DNA from: a phage
Sequence record: PZ445487.1
Strand: one strand, 5' to 3'
Length of the DNA: 64,000 nt
The position numbers and the translations under genes were made by a program. Position 1 is the first letter of the stretch. The number at the start of each line of letters is the position of its first letter. Shown in pieces: positions 1 through 9,532 of this stretch. The notes beneath the pieces are model-generated. The model saw nothing but the letters and a program-made list of their open reading frames with translations. It did not search any database and was not told the origin of the DNA.

Positions 1-14
1 CCTATAAAACAGGT

Positions 15-43
15 AAGCAAAGAAAACCCCACATTACGTGGGG
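15..43 (-). terminator. putative rho-independent terminator
   Basis: inverted repeat CCCCAC/GTGGGG with T-run in minus orientation; coordinates approximate. Confidence 0.35.
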
Positions 44-194
44 TTGGAAGATTTCTTAGACAATCTAATTTTCAGTGTCTCGGTAAGCAAATCAAGATGC
101 CACGGCATCGATTCACTGATTTCAAATATGCTATAGCCGTGTGCCTTTAATTCGTCACACATCACAAAATAGGAGAGTAAATCAATTTCAAAAA

Positions 195-1001
195 TTAAAT
201 GAAAATCTCGGTGACACTGTTAAATTTGACTTCGTGTTCTTTCCCACACGAAGGGCATTTAATTTTTGTCGCGTAACGAATACGCGGAATCTTTTTAAAG
301 AAATCATTCGAAATGTCCTGAACAATCTCAGATTCAATATTGTCCCCGACCCATTTGACAAATTCATCCTTAATGCGTTGGCGTTCTTTAGCAACTTCTG
401 GATCGATACCAGGTTCAGCCGGATTTTCCACCTTCCAAACCTGACCATCGTCGTCATACAGACAATCGATAAAAGTGGCAATCATTTGTTCAACAGAGGA
501 TGCTTCGTTGAGCACTGAGGCATCCGAGAAGGACGGCTGGCGCATCTTGATGTGATAGCCGCCAGGGAGGTCAAATGTTTCCCTGAAGCCTTCTGGGGAC
601 ACGCATTTTACCTGATTGAGCGGGATCGGTAACACAAGCTCTTGACCACAATCTTTAAGGCCAGAAACTGGTTCTTCACCACCTTCATTGGTTTCGGCTT
701 GAACTTTGTTATTACATTTGTAACGTATCTTCATGACCTCGCCGATAGATATACAGCGCATCTTTAAAAATACTTCTTCAGTAACACCGATTGGCAGTTT
801 ACTAAAGGGAACGCCAGCATCAACACAACTGTCAAATAGTTGCTCCAATGTTGCCACGCGCTCACTCATAGGAGTGTTCGGATCAGCAACCTGAAGTAAC
901 ATGGTCTGTTGCCCTGCTGTAAAGGCGCGGTATTTGATCACAGTCGGCCAGAAATCACTTTTATGTGTTCTCTCAGTTTTGGGCAATGATGGTAAATTCA
1001 T
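195..1001 (-). CDS. hypothetical protein with C-terminal CxxC zinc ribbon
   Basis: 268-aa ORF, KCPSCGKEH motif near C-terminus; no recognisable family. Confidence 0.5.
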   Translation of the reverse strand: MNLPSLPKTERTHKSDFWPTVIKYRAFTAGQQTMLLQVADPNTPMSERVATLEQLFDSCVDAGVPFSKLPIGVTEEVFLKMRCISIGEVMKIRYKCNNKVQAETNEGGEEPVSGLKDCGQELVLPIPLNQVKCVSPEGFRETFDLPGGYHIKMRQPSFSDASVLNEASSVEQMIATFIDCLYDDDGQVWKVENPAEPGIDPEVAKERQRIKDEFVKWVGDNIESEIVQDISNDFFKKIPRIRYATKIKCPSCGKEHEVKFNSVTEIFI

Positions 1002-1050
1002 AATGTATCTCCACGGTATATTGTAATTGTATTTATAACGAGGACTGAAA

Positions 1051-1575
1051 ATGCACGCGTTCTGTTTCAGTAAAGTGGGGGAGCAACTCGCAATTAATTA
1101 TCCGGATGCAAACACGGACTTTTTTGTATTACTCACAGATTTTGCAAATAAATTGGGGATAAAGAATGTCGCCATGACCGTGTCCGATATGAAATTCGGG
1201 TGGCTGGGAGTTAAAGATTTATTGAATTATGGATTCAATGTGATTATCGTTGATCCAACGTACAGCCCAATTGAAGAGGATGATGTTATTCCGGTTTGGG
1301 TGCAACGAGATATTAACACCCTGGACAAACACTATCCGGATTGTATCATCATCGGTGAATTAATACCGTATTTTCATAAACGTCGTCGTCTTGAAACAAT
1401 TAAAAGTTATTTTCAAGATAATGATTGTGGATATAAAATGGATGTCCTTACGAGCGGTTGGGTTGTGAAGAATACCACAGGCAATGCCGACCGAATTACT
1501 TCTCGTCTTTATGAATATGTTAAAGAACGGGATTATGAACTGGAGAACAATAATGCCAAACGTAGAACGCGCTGA
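1051..1575 (+). CDS. hypothetical protein
   Basis: 174-aa ORF in plus-strand gene array. Confidence 0.45.
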   Translation: MHAFCFSKVGEQLAINYPDANTDFFVLLTDFANKLGIKNVAMTVSDMKFGWLGVKDLLNYGFNVIIVDPTYSPIEEDDVIPVWVQRDINTLDKHYPDCIIIGELIPYFHKRRRLETIKSYFQDNDCGYKMDVLTSGWVVKNTTGNADRITSRLYEYVKERDYELENNNAKRRTR

Positions 1576-2038
1576 TATTCAGCAGGTACAAGACGTCATC
1601 CTTCAACGCCTTCGCGCTGTGATCACAAATGAAAAGGGAGAAATTGCGCCAGGGTTTGAAGGCGCATTCGACGGTTTCGTTGCTGATGATCAGGGGAACC
1701 CCGTTGTACAAACGATCGCTGGCATGATTATGCTGAATAGCGAATTTATGGCTGATGGTAAAATCCATTATTCACCCAATCTCAGTGTTGACGGAGAATC
1801 TTTGGCTTCCGAAGTGGTTGATTTAACGGTTGCCGTTGGTGAGTTGGGTTATGTTTTGATGGTTTGCACCGCGCATTATGTGGACGCCAACGGCCATGTG
1901 TCATATGGTGATGAGGCGCGAGGGGTCAAACGTCATGTGGACACTTCTGCATTACTGCAACAGATACGTCAGATGCAAGAAGAAATGGACTCCAAACCTC
2001 GCCTGATTTTACCGGAAAGCAAAATCGTCACCAGATAA
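1553..2038 (+). CDS. hypothetical protein
   Basis: track ORF 1484-2038 trimmed to in-frame ATG (MPNVERAD) overlapping upstream stop. Confidence 0.45.
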   Translation: MPNVERADIQQVQDVILQRLRAVITNEKGEIAPGFEGAFDGFVADDQGNPVVQTIAGMIMLNSEFMADGKIHYSPNLSVDGESLASEVVDLTVAVGELGYVLMVCTAHYVDANGHVSYGDEARGVKRHVDTSALLQQIRQMQEEMDSKPRLILPESKIVTR

Positions 2039-2087
2039 TCCGGTCTAAATACCCATAACACAATGAAACTTCGTTATGGGTATTTTT

Positions 2088-2687
2088 ATGAAATTTTGCG
2101 GAATCGACTATTCTTACGGCTGTCCAGCCATGTGCTTCTGGGACGACAAAGATCCTCTGGATTTTGATCATCTTCATTTCTATGCACACCATACCGTTGA
2201 GAAGCACTGTCGTCAAGTGCGACACAATATTCTTATTTTACGTCAACCCAAATATGAATCCCCCGAAGAACGGTTTTATAACATTTCCAAATGGGCTGAA
2301 GCCGTACTTCTTACGGAGAAGCCGGATTTCATCACCCTAGAAGGCTATGCTATGGGGAATTCAAAAAACTCCAATAACATATGCCAAACCGCCGAGAACA
2401 CATCTCTATTGAAACAAGCGATGCGCCGGAACAATATGGAATTTCAGATTGTTACCCCGTCTTTTGTTAAGAAACATTTTTGTGGTAAAGGAAATGCCGA
2501 CAAATTGGTCATGATAGATCACTTTGAGAAGCTGTTCAACGTTAAGATGCGCGGTATAATGGACATGTTGGACGTGAAGGATCCAAAGCCAATCGATGAC
2601 CTCGTGGATTCGTTCGCAAATATGGTTTCTGGTCCTTACTTCATAGAAAATTATCCTGATTTCAATAGAGGTGTAAGAAATGATTAA
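2088..2687 (+). CDS. RuvC-like Holliday junction resolvase
   Basis: N-terminal KFCGIDYSYG (RuvC GID motif), ITLEGYAMG second acidic motif, FCGKGNADK and DSFANM C-terminal motifs; start at ATG aa5 of track ORF. Confidence 0.5.
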   Translation: MKFCGIDYSYGCPAMCFWDDKDPLDFDHLHFYAHHTVEKHCRQVRHNILILRQPKYESPEERFYNISKWAEAVLLTEKPDFITLEGYAMGNSKNSNNICQTAENTSLLKQAMRRNNMEFQIVTPSFVKKHFCGKGNADKLVMIDHFEKLFNVKMRGIMDMLDVKDPKPIDDLVDSFANMVSGPYFIENYPDFNRGVRND

Positions 2688-2976
2688 CTACTGGCTGCTG
2701 GCAGATATACTGCTTTTCGCCTTGCTGTTGATGACGGCGTTTGTTTGGATTAAGGGATTCTTGACATTCCTTCATTCATTAAGTGCCATGGTATCTTTCT
2801 ATGCGGTTTCACCACATAGTGACGTCAATGTAAGAGCTGCAAATCAATCTGATATGTTGGCCGAATATGTTTTGCTGCGTGATAAAGCAAGCAGGATTGT
2901 CCTGTTTTCTACGCTGGTGGGAGCAGTTATTATATTTCTACGACACGTATTGGAGGCGATTCATGCCGTTTTATGA
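2680..2976 (+). CDS. small membrane protein
   Basis: 98-aa ORF with hydrophobic helices; overlaps neighbours by a few codons. Confidence 0.4.
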   Translation: MINYWLLADILLFALLLMTAFVWIKGFLTFLHSLSAMVSFYAVSPHSDVNVRAANQSDMLAEYVLLRDKASRIVLFSTLVGAVIIFLRHVLEAIHAVL

Positions 2977-3208
2977 TTATGCCTGTACAGGTTGTGGAAA
3001 TTCGTTTAGTGCTCGAAAATCTTGTGCTGAACGTCATACACCTGAATTAGAGCCATGTTCTGAATGTGGCGGTGAAATAAAAATGATTATTGGAGCACCA
3101 AAGATCGTATCTGGTGTTCGTGGTCCTCAGTCCGCGCCTGATGGCTTCAAAGACGTTTTGCGTCATATTAAGAAGCAATCAGGGAAGGGGAATACAATCG
3201 ATGTCTGA
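2963..3208 (+). CDS. FmdB-like zinc-ribbon protein
   Basis: MPFYDYACTGCG...CSECGG two CxxC pairs; GGAGG RBS upstream of internal ATG of track ORF 2867-3208. Confidence 0.45.
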   Translation: MPFYDYACTGCGNSFSARKSCAERHTPELEPCSECGGEIKMIIGAPKIVSGVRGPQSAPDGFKDVLRHIKKQSGKGNTIDV

Positions 3209-3443
3209 TCAACAAATAGCACAAGTGCTCACACCAGATTCTTTTTCCGAATTGGTGTTGATGAGAGCAAGCCAACGCAAGGAATCAATCCTTGAAACGA
3301 TGGCCAGTGTTTGTGAAGAGTATGACATCGAAGAAGCAAAGGTCAAAAAATTGATCACGCCTCCTCTTCTGTCAAGGCTAACAGCTGAATGTTCTGATGC
3401 TCGGTTGTTGAAGGGTGAATTGAAATCTAAAAAACTCATTTAA
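3201..3443 (+). CDS. hypothetical protein
   Basis: track ORF 3090-3443 trimmed to ATG (MSDQQIAQ) overlapping upstream stop ATGTCTGA. Confidence 0.4.
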   Translation: MSDQQIAQVLTPDSFSELVLMRASQRKESILETMASVCEEYDIEEAKVKKLITPPLLSRLTAECSDARLLKGELKSKKLI

Positions 3444-3452
3444 GGTTGTAAC

Positions 3453-3692
3453 ATGAGCAAAGAGCAAATCTATAAAATGTTGAAGGCGCAAGAGTATCTG
3501 CCAGGTTCTATCCGCTGGCGGCACGGTAGCCTCAATGAACATGCTGATGATATGGATCGTGTACGTTACACGACGCCGGAAGGTAAATCCTATGTCATCG
3601 AATACCATACATTCTTGGAAGGACACAAAACCTTCTCAGATGTGTACGACATTATTGAAATAGACCCAGCAAAACAAATGATTGCGGGTTAA
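3453..3692 (+). CDS. hypothetical protein
   Basis: 79-aa ORF with AAGG RBS. Confidence 0.45.
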   Translation: MSKEQIYKMLKAQEYLPGSIRWRHGSLNEHADDMDRVRYTTPEGKSYVIEYHTFLEGHKTFSDVYDIIEIDPAKQMIAG

Positions 3693-3693
3693 C

Positions 3694-3716
3694 TCAATAG
3701 CAAAACGCAGTATAAT
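3694..3716 (+). promoter_or_regulatory. putative promoter upstream of gene 32 (CTCAATA box + TATAAT)
   Basis: CTCAATAGCAAAACGCAGTATAAT about 70 nt upstream of gp32 ATG; approximate. Confidence 0.35.
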
Positions 3717-3788
3717 TACACCGTCGGAATAATTGACAAATACATTTACAGAATAGCCCGAAGGGGCGGATTATAGAGGAATATTAAA

Positions 3789-4820
3789 ATGGGTAATTTA
3801 TTTGATCGTCTTAAACAATCTCGTGGCCAACAAGCCGAAGCTATGCAACAGCGACTCGCTCAGCAAGGCCAGCGTGTTGGTGGCGGTCGTGACCCGCGCA
3901 TCTGGAAGTGGACCTGGAATGACAAGGGTACTTCTGAAAACATCATTCGTTTCCTGCCGATCCCTTTGGTGGACATGAAGGCTCAAGAAGAAGGCACCAT
4001 CCCTGAAGATGCTGTGTTAACTCCGTGTGCCATGATCATGAAACACGCATTCCAGGGCGCTGGTGGTTGGTATATCGAAAACTCTCCTCAGACTTTCGGT
4101 AACGATGATCCTGTTCGTGACCATGACCGTCCTCTGTGGGCACAACAGAAAGAAACGAATGATGAAAAGCTGAAAACAGTTCTCAAAAAACGTCTGCCGG
4201 ACACCAAATACTACGCCAACATCCTGGTGATCAAAGATGGTAACAATCCGGAAAACAACGGCAAGGTCTTCTTGCTTGAGTTCGGTAATGCCGTCAAGAA
4301 AATCCTGGATTCGGCTCAGAATCCTAAGTTCTCAACTGACCCTAAATTCGACCCGTTCGATATGTGGGAAGGCGCGAACCTGATTCTGAACCTCTTTGGT
4401 GAAGAGAAAGAGTTCGGAAACTGGAAAGGTCTGGTGGCTAACTTCACCAATGTGAAGTGGGATACTCCGGCACCTTTGGGGACAGACGAATACATTGAAG
4501 AGATCTGGGAAAAAGAACACAGTCTGTTTGAGTTCTTTAATCCGGCCAACTTCAAATCGTACGAAGATCTGGAAAAACGTTTGCGCAAAGTTCTGGCCAT
4601 CCCTGATAATCAGCCTCTGGTTGAAGGTGGTGCTTCTACTATGGCACATGCGCCTACCCAGTCTCAGGAACCCCAGCGCCCAACAGCGCAGGAAAGTCTG
4701 AACCAACAACAATCTCAGCCTTCTAATGCACAGCAATCTGTTCCAGCCAATAATGGTGGTGCCGATGCGAAACAGACGGCTTCCATTGATGAGTTCGAGC
4801 AGTTCCTGAAGCAAGACTAA
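3789..4820 (+). CDS. 32: single-stranded DNA-binding protein (T4 gp32 family)
   Basis: IRFLP, YANILVIKD, ENNGKVF, WEGANL, FNPANFKSYEDLEKR segments collinear with T4 gp32; acidic/Q-rich C-terminus; GAGGA RBS. Confidence 0.85.
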   Translation: MGNLFDRLKQSRGQQAEAMQQRLAQQGQRVGGGRDPRIWKWTWNDKGTSENIIRFLPIPLVDMKAQEEGTIPEDAVLTPCAMIMKHAFQGAGGWYIENSPQTFGNDDPVRDHDRPLWAQQKETNDEKLKTVLKKRLPDTKYYANILVIKDGNNPENNGKVFLLEFGNAVKKILDSAQNPKFSTDPKFDPFDMWEGANLILNLFGEEKEFGNWKGLVANFTNVKWDTPAPLGTDEYIEEIWEKEHSLFEFFNPANFKSYEDLEKRLRKVLAIPDNQPLVEGGASTMAHAPTQSQEPQRPTAQESLNQQQSQPSNAQQSVPANNGGADAKQTASIDEFEQFLKQD

Positions 4821-4827
4821 TTTCACT

Positions 4828-4850
4828 AAAGCCCCTTCGGGGGCTTTTTA
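4828..4850 (+). terminator. rho-independent terminator after gene 32
   Basis: AAAGCCCC-TTCG-GGGGCTTTTT hairpin with T-run. Confidence 0.7.
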
Positions 4851-5987
4851 GTTTTTGACAACATCCTGTAACAATCCCAACAGACTACTCTTCTCAGACG
4901 CCGTCAGGTTATCATTGCCTAATATATCCCTCTGGATGCCGATAGAGATCCTTTCGAAATCAGCCAAGCTGATACCAGCCAGATTGTTTACAAGCTGATC
5001 GAGTTGCTTATAAGCCAGCAGGGCTTCACCTGTGAAGTTTCCTTCTTTGATCTTTTTATACAGCTGTCCGGCTTTTGACGCAGCGGTTTCCCAGTCTCCG
5101 GAAGCAAGAGCATCAGTAATACCCAAAGGAAGAAAATCGCTGGCGAGGCTGCGCGTTTCATATTCAGTCTCCGATAATACTTTGTTATAAGAAAAGGAAA
5201 TGTTGTACTGATTAAATTGATCGGCGGCGCTTTTATCCAGGTCTATAGAACTGAAGTTGATGGGGTGAGCCTCAGTCACATAAACGCGATGAACAACCTG
5301 ATCTTCTGTATCCATTTGTTCTATACAAATATCGGTCACGAAATCTTCATAATAACCCATCTTGGTTGTGTATGGGTCGAATATCAGATTCTTCCATTTG
5401 TCCATGACCGACTTTTCATAATAATCGTTGGCGAGGAGGAACGACAACTCCAGATCAATGTTCGTCTTGTTGTTCGGCATTTTAATGTGGTTGCCGTTGT
5501 TGGTCATGGGAGTAGTGTCAATCCCTGTACCAGGTAAAGATGCGACCATACACATCATTTGCAGGGAACGAGATGTTTGGTTTGTCCCTCCAAAGAATGC
5601 GTTTACAATACGGGCGCTTTGTTTGAACAGATCCCCAAATGATGAAGATGAAGGATACGCGTTCCCATCATTTGCTAGTGTTGCATTGGAATCAAATATC
5701 CCAGGCGGCAACGGAATTGTAACACGAAATCTGTTCTTGCGGGAAATACCCCGTTGAAGCAGTTGCGTTAGAAAATTGCGATAGTCTTCCACGATGAGGA
5801 CTCCATTTAAATAATATATCTGTTGATATTTATAAGGAGTTGACAAATGGCTAAGAACGCTATGGGTGAAGAAGACCCGTTGTTGCTTCCCGCCGAGATG
5901 GACGCCCCAGAACTGGTCAAGCGTTACATCCGCAAATATCGTCAACATTTTGGGCCGGAAGCGAAGCGTAATATCCGTCGTTCTCAT
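4848..5987 (-). CDS. hypothetical protein (start uncertain)
   Basis: 379-aa ORF; first in-frame ATGs lack clear RBS and 5-prime end overlaps divergent gene at 5847. Confidence 0.4.
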   Translation of the reverse strand: MRTTDITLRFRPKMLTIFADVTLDQFWGVHLGGKQQRVFFTHSVLSHLSTPYKYQQIYYLNGVLIVEDYRNFLTQLLQRGISRKNRFRVTIPLPPGIFDSNATLANDGNAYPSSSSFGDLFKQSARIVNAFFGGTNQTSRSLQMMCMVASLPGTGIDTTPMTNNGNHIKMPNNKTNIDLELSFLLANDYYEKSVMDKWKNLIFDPYTTKMGYYEDFVTDICIEQMDTEDQVVHRVYVTEAHPINFSSIDLDKSAADQFNQYNISFSYNKVLSETEYETRSLASDFLPLGITDALASGDWETAASKAGQLYKKIKEGNFTGEALLAYKQLDQLVNNLAGISLADFERISIGIQRDILGNDNLTASEKSSLLGLLQDVVKN

Positions 5988-6551
5988 GTGTGGTTTATGG
6001 AGCGCGTGTCGAAAGATGCTAACTTATCTCCGAATCACATGATGAAAGCATTCGCTGAAAATAAACGTCCTGTTCAGGGTGTGCGTTATATTGTTGGTCG
6101 CATGTATTATTTCAAATATGATGCGCTGACTAAAGATGAACTCCCGTATTGGGATATGTATCCTCTGGTGTTCTTCTTCAATTTTGTGAAGGGGGATGGA
6201 GTGAAATTCGGTGAACGTGGTGTAACCTATCTTTATGGCCTAAACCTCCATTATTTACCGCCTAAACTCAGATTGTTGGTATTTGAAGATCTCATTAAAT
6301 TGAGAAATGAACGGGCATATCGTTCTAAAACACGTTTGAGACTTACCTGGGATGCGCTAAAGCGGTTTGCGAATCACCCTTTGTACAATCATTGTGTCAA
6401 ATTATACCGCGCAGATCAATTTCGTTCACAACTTTATGAAATTGAACCGCAATATTGGGAGGTCGTTTTGTTTATGCGTACTGCTCGATTCCAGAAACAG
6501 AGCCAGATGTCTGTTTGGAAAGACGCTCGTCGTAAACACAAAAATGGTTAG
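5847..6551 (+). CDS. hypothetical protein
   Basis: 234-aa basic protein; GGAG RBS. Confidence 0.5.
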   Translation: MAKNAMGEEDPLLLPAEMDAPELVKRYIRKYRQHFGPEAKRNIRRSHVWFMERVSKDANLSPNHMMKAFAENKRPVQGVRYIVGRMYYFKYDALTKDELPYWDMYPLVFFFNFVKGDGVKFGERGVTYLYGLNLHYLPPKLRLLVFEDLIKLRNERAYRSKTRLRLTWDALKRFANHPLYNHCVKLYRADQFRSQLYEIEPQYWEVVLFMRTARFQKQSQMSVWKDARRKHKNG

Positions 6552-6556
6552 TTCTA

Positions 6557-6594
6557 AAAGCCGTTCTATGGGATAATTCGCGAACGGCTTTCTA
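6557..6594 (+). terminator. putative rho-independent terminator
   Basis: GCCGTTC...GAACGGC stem followed by T-rich tract. Confidence 0.45.
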
Positions 6595-6612
6595 TAAACA
6601 TGAGGTTATGAT

Positions 6613-7359
6613 ATGTCACAGCTACATCGTATTTTTGGTATTGAATTCAGTTCTAATTGCGTTCGCTATGATCGCACCCATAAAGATTCGGGTGGTAAAA
6701 CCGGATATGAACTCGGTAGCCAGTTGGGATATTCCAAGGAACAATTGTTCAATCAACACAGGCTGAATGAAACGGATCTTCTTAGGGTTATGGGCATTGA
6801 ACTTGATTCCGAAGCCAGCTTGGATCTGGGCGACGAAATTCGTTTTGGCAAACCAGAAGCATTGGAATTCATTGAAGACTTCGTTTCTGGTTATACCCAA
6901 GCCGCTACGAACCGCCGCGCTGCTAATGATGCAGTGGGTAAATTCTACTTTGCGGCGAAATATCTTGCCGACAAACGTATACAGATGGAAGCGGAATTCA
7001 GTAAAGAAAATCTGAAAGCGGTTTTCGGCGAAGAAGGCGATTTCCGTTTAATGCCAGAATCTGGCACTGATTCAGCTCGTGATTTCTTTGAAAAACCATT
7101 TGTGGTCAAAGGCTGTAAAATTCTTACCGACGAAGACCACGCTTTCGCAATCCATACTGAAGTCGTTTACAATGAAGAGAATTGCCTTGTTATTTCCAGA
7201 TTGTTCAACAGTCTGTCATATACAGCGTATTCTTTGATTGAACGTTGTATGGAAGAAGAGCATCGTCAGGTAGTGGTGAATAAAATTCGCTTACACGTTG
7301 AGCAGAATTTTAACGGGTTTGGTTGTGAATCCGGCGAAATCCCTAATTTCTATCTGTAG
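6613..7359 (+). CDS. hypothetical protein
   Basis: 248-aa ORF. Confidence 0.5.
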   Translation: MSQLHRIFGIEFSSNCVRYDRTHKDSGGKTGYELGSQLGYSKEQLFNQHRLNETDLLRVMGIELDSEASLDLGDEIRFGKPEALEFIEDFVSGYTQAATNRRAANDAVGKFYFAAKYLADKRIQMEAEFSKENLKAVFGEEGDFRLMPESGTDSARDFFEKPFVVKGCKILTDEDHAFAIHTEVVYNEENCLVISRLFNSLSYTAYSLIERCMEEEHRQVVVNKIRLHVEQNFNGFGCESGEIPNFYL

Positions 7360-7376
7360 CACAAGCAGGGGGCTGT

Positions 7377-7664
7377 ATGAAGAAATATGTTCGCCTGAAC
7401 ACGGTACTGGAATCTGTAATCGAATATTTCATAATGCAGCACCTGAGAGCAGAAAATGATCATGTGAGCGATGCTTTGACTTATGACCACCGGATAGTGG
7501 TTCATTCCGTCGAAATAGTGGACGACGAATTGTTGATTGCCAACATAGAACATGCTCTCTGGGACGAAGTTTTGGACCAGTATGTTCAACCCAAATTCAC
7601 ACAAATCGAGTTGTCTGCCATGTGGCCACCTGAAACAGTTTTCAATATTGATATACAAAGTTAA
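7377..7664 (+). CDS. hypothetical protein
   Basis: 95-aa ORF with AGGGGG RBS. Confidence 0.4.
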   Translation: MKKYVRLNTVLESVIEYFIMQHLRAENDHVSDALTYDHRIVVHSVEIVDDELLIANIEHALWDEVLDQYVQPKFTQIELSAMWPPETVFNIDIQS

Positions 7665-7742
7665 TATTCACGCCAGTCCGCGCTGATACAGCGTTCCGTT
7701 GTCTAACACAGAAGTGTTAACCAACTTTTCAATAAAAAGTGG

Positions 7743-7770
7743 TTTACATCTTCTAAAAAGGCAGTATATT
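7743..7770 (+). promoter_or_regulatory. putative sigma70-like promoter (TTTACA N16 TATATT)
   Basis: -35/-10 hexamers with 16-nt spacer about 70 nt upstream of 7838; TTCAATAAA box just upstream. Confidence 0.4.
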
Positions 7771-7837
7771 AATGTTCCAGACGCACAGTTGAACATTAGA
7801 CTGCCAAAGAAGGTTACTACACAAAAGGGTTTTTATT

Positions 7838-8797
7838 ATGTCCTATATTCTTCATATCGAGTCCGGCCTGAAATTTGAAATTGATGGTAAAACCGCTGCT
7901 GAACTTCAAGCAGAAATTAAAGGTGCAGACCTTATCATTGGCAATGTAACATTACGCCGCATGATGGAAGGCGTCCTTCAGTCAGCCAATGGCTTTGAAC
8001 TCATCGAAGGTCTGAGCCAGGAAGAGAAAGAAGAGACTCTCGAAGCTCTTGACCGCGCTGAAGCCGAAAAAGTTAAACCGACCGAAGATGCGGGGGTTAA
8101 ACAGGGCGACGGTGAATCAAATCCGGTGATTGACGCCGAAGAAACGGTTGGGCAACCTGTCGGTGATCAAAATTCCCAGACCGTCGAAGACGGTTCTCTT
8201 GAAGTCAACAAAGACGGTTCCATTTCCCTGGTAGTTGAAGGCGAAGAAGTTCTTGACGAAGAAGCGCAAGCCCGTGCTGAAGAAGTTCGCCGTCGTATGC
8301 TGGGCACAACCGTTGCTGAAGCAATCGCCGACGTTGAAAATCCGAAGGATGATCAGGCTTTAGCGAACGCGAAGGCGGTTCTGGCCAAGAAATCTTCTGA
8401 AATGCGCCCTGCATCTTCTACCGAAGAACGCAAGCGTCGTCATAACAAGCGTGAAGAAATGGTTGAAGCGGCTCGCGCATCCAATTATGGTCCGATCCTT
8501 GCTGCGGTTGAATCGGGGGTTGTGCCTGGGGTTTATTTGAGCTATGTGAATCCGGATATGCGCTGGTTCCAGTTCCCTGTTACCGAATTGGCAGATGAAG
8601 CCAATCCACACGCCCGCACCAATACTTATGTTGATCTGGCGCCGATCGTTTCCGGCGGCTGGGGGTTCAGTCTGTATGTGAATGGTAAATCATTCACCAA
8701 ACGCCAGAAAATCAAAGAAACTGATGCCGAATCTCTGGTGAAAGCAATCAATGAATGGTTACCACAGGCGTTGGCCGAAGCGAAAGCTGCTGCGTAA
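7838..8797 (+). CDS. hypothetical acidic protein
   Basis: 319-aa ORF with acidic low-complexity centre. Confidence 0.5.
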   Translation: MSYILHIESGLKFEIDGKTAAELQAEIKGADLIIGNVTLRRMMEGVLQSANGFELIEGLSQEEKEETLEALDRAEAEKVKPTEDAGVKQGDGESNPVIDAEETVGQPVGDQNSQTVEDGSLEVNKDGSISLVVEGEEVLDEEAQARAEEVRRRMLGTTVAEAIADVENPKDDQALANAKAVLAKKSSEMRPASSTEERKRRHNKREEMVEAARASNYGPILAAVESGVVPGVYLSYVNPDMRWFQFPVTELADEANPHARTNTYVDLAPIVSGGWGFSLYVNGKSFTKRQKIKETDAESLVKAINEWLPQALAEAKAAA

Positions 8798-8812
8798 TTT
8801 AATTCAGAAGCG

Positions 8813-8856
8813 TTCAATAGATAAAGGGGCTGCTATAATAGCAGCTCCTTTTGTTT
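8813..8856 (+). promoter_or_regulatory. composite terminator/promoter element (TTCAAT N15 TATAAT with -10 in hairpin loop, then T-run)
   Basis: TTCAATAGATAAAGGGGCTGCTATAATAGCAGCTCCTTTTGTTT; 9-bp stem, loop TATAATA; approximate coordinates. Confidence 0.5.
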
Positions 8857-8869
8857 ATTGGAGCATGTC

Positions 8870-9532
8870 ATGTCTTATTCGCTCAAAGGGCTGTTGAAGC
8901 GCCCTGTGCATTTGTTTGTCAAACCACCTGCTGTAGAAAGGGAATATTCGGCACGAGGAGAGTTGTATTACATTAAAGGCTCCAATGGTAGTGGTAAGTC
9001 TACTGTGCCTTCTTATTTGGCGGAGAATGATCCTCAGGCGTATGTCGTAACCCACAACAGTAAGATCATGCTCACGGTTTGTCCATCTTATAATATTGTC
9101 TGTGTCGGTAAATATGACAAGTCTAAGTCCAAAGGGGTTGATTCTCTGAAGGATACTGAGCAGATGTTGTTCGCGTTGTCTATTGCTGACCAACCAGAAT
9201 ACCTGAAATATGATGTGATTTTCGAAGGCATCATTCCGTCTACATTATTGAGTTCTTGGATTCCCCGCCTGACACGCCCACCACGTGAATTGGTCGTCCT
9301 CTTTATGGATACCCCTCTTGAAACCTGTATTGCCCGTGTTAAATCGCGTAACGGTGGCGCAGACTTCAATGAAAGTCTGGTGGTCGAGAAGTGGGAGAGA
9401 GTTCATGATCACCGTCAACGGCATAAAGGCTTGTTCCCTACCGTTCCCGCAGGTATGATGAAGTCCGATGGCCTGACTGTAGAGCAGGCTGTTTTTGCGT
9501 TTCTCAATCGTGATTTTGGGAGTATTTATTGA
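8870..9532 (+). CDS. P-loop NTPase/kinase-like protein
   Basis: Walker A GSNGSGKST; start at ATG with GGAG RBS (aa5 of track ORF, whose first codon is TTG). Confidence 0.5.
   Translation: MSYSLKGLLKRPVHLFVKPPAVEREYSARGELYYIKGSNGSGKSTVPSYLAENDPQAYVVTHNSKIMLTVCPSYNIVCVGKYDKSKSKGVDSLKDTEQMLFALSIADQPEYLKYDVIFEGIIPSTLLSSWIPRLTRPPRELVVLFMDTPLETCIARVKSRNGGADFNESLVVEKWERVHDHRQRHKGLFPTVPAGMMKSDGLTVEQAVFAFLNRDFGSIY

Noticed and set aside
141-518. Plus-strand ORF (125 aa) and minus ORF 188-481 overlapping the 195-1001 gene
   Set aside because: Embedded in or antisense to a longer ORF, low-complexity translation, no RBS; most likely spurious
4332-4826. Minus-strand 164-aa ORF antisense to gene 32 (also 3798-3986 and 4316-4600)
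   Set aside because: Antisense to a confidently identified gene; typical shadow ORFs
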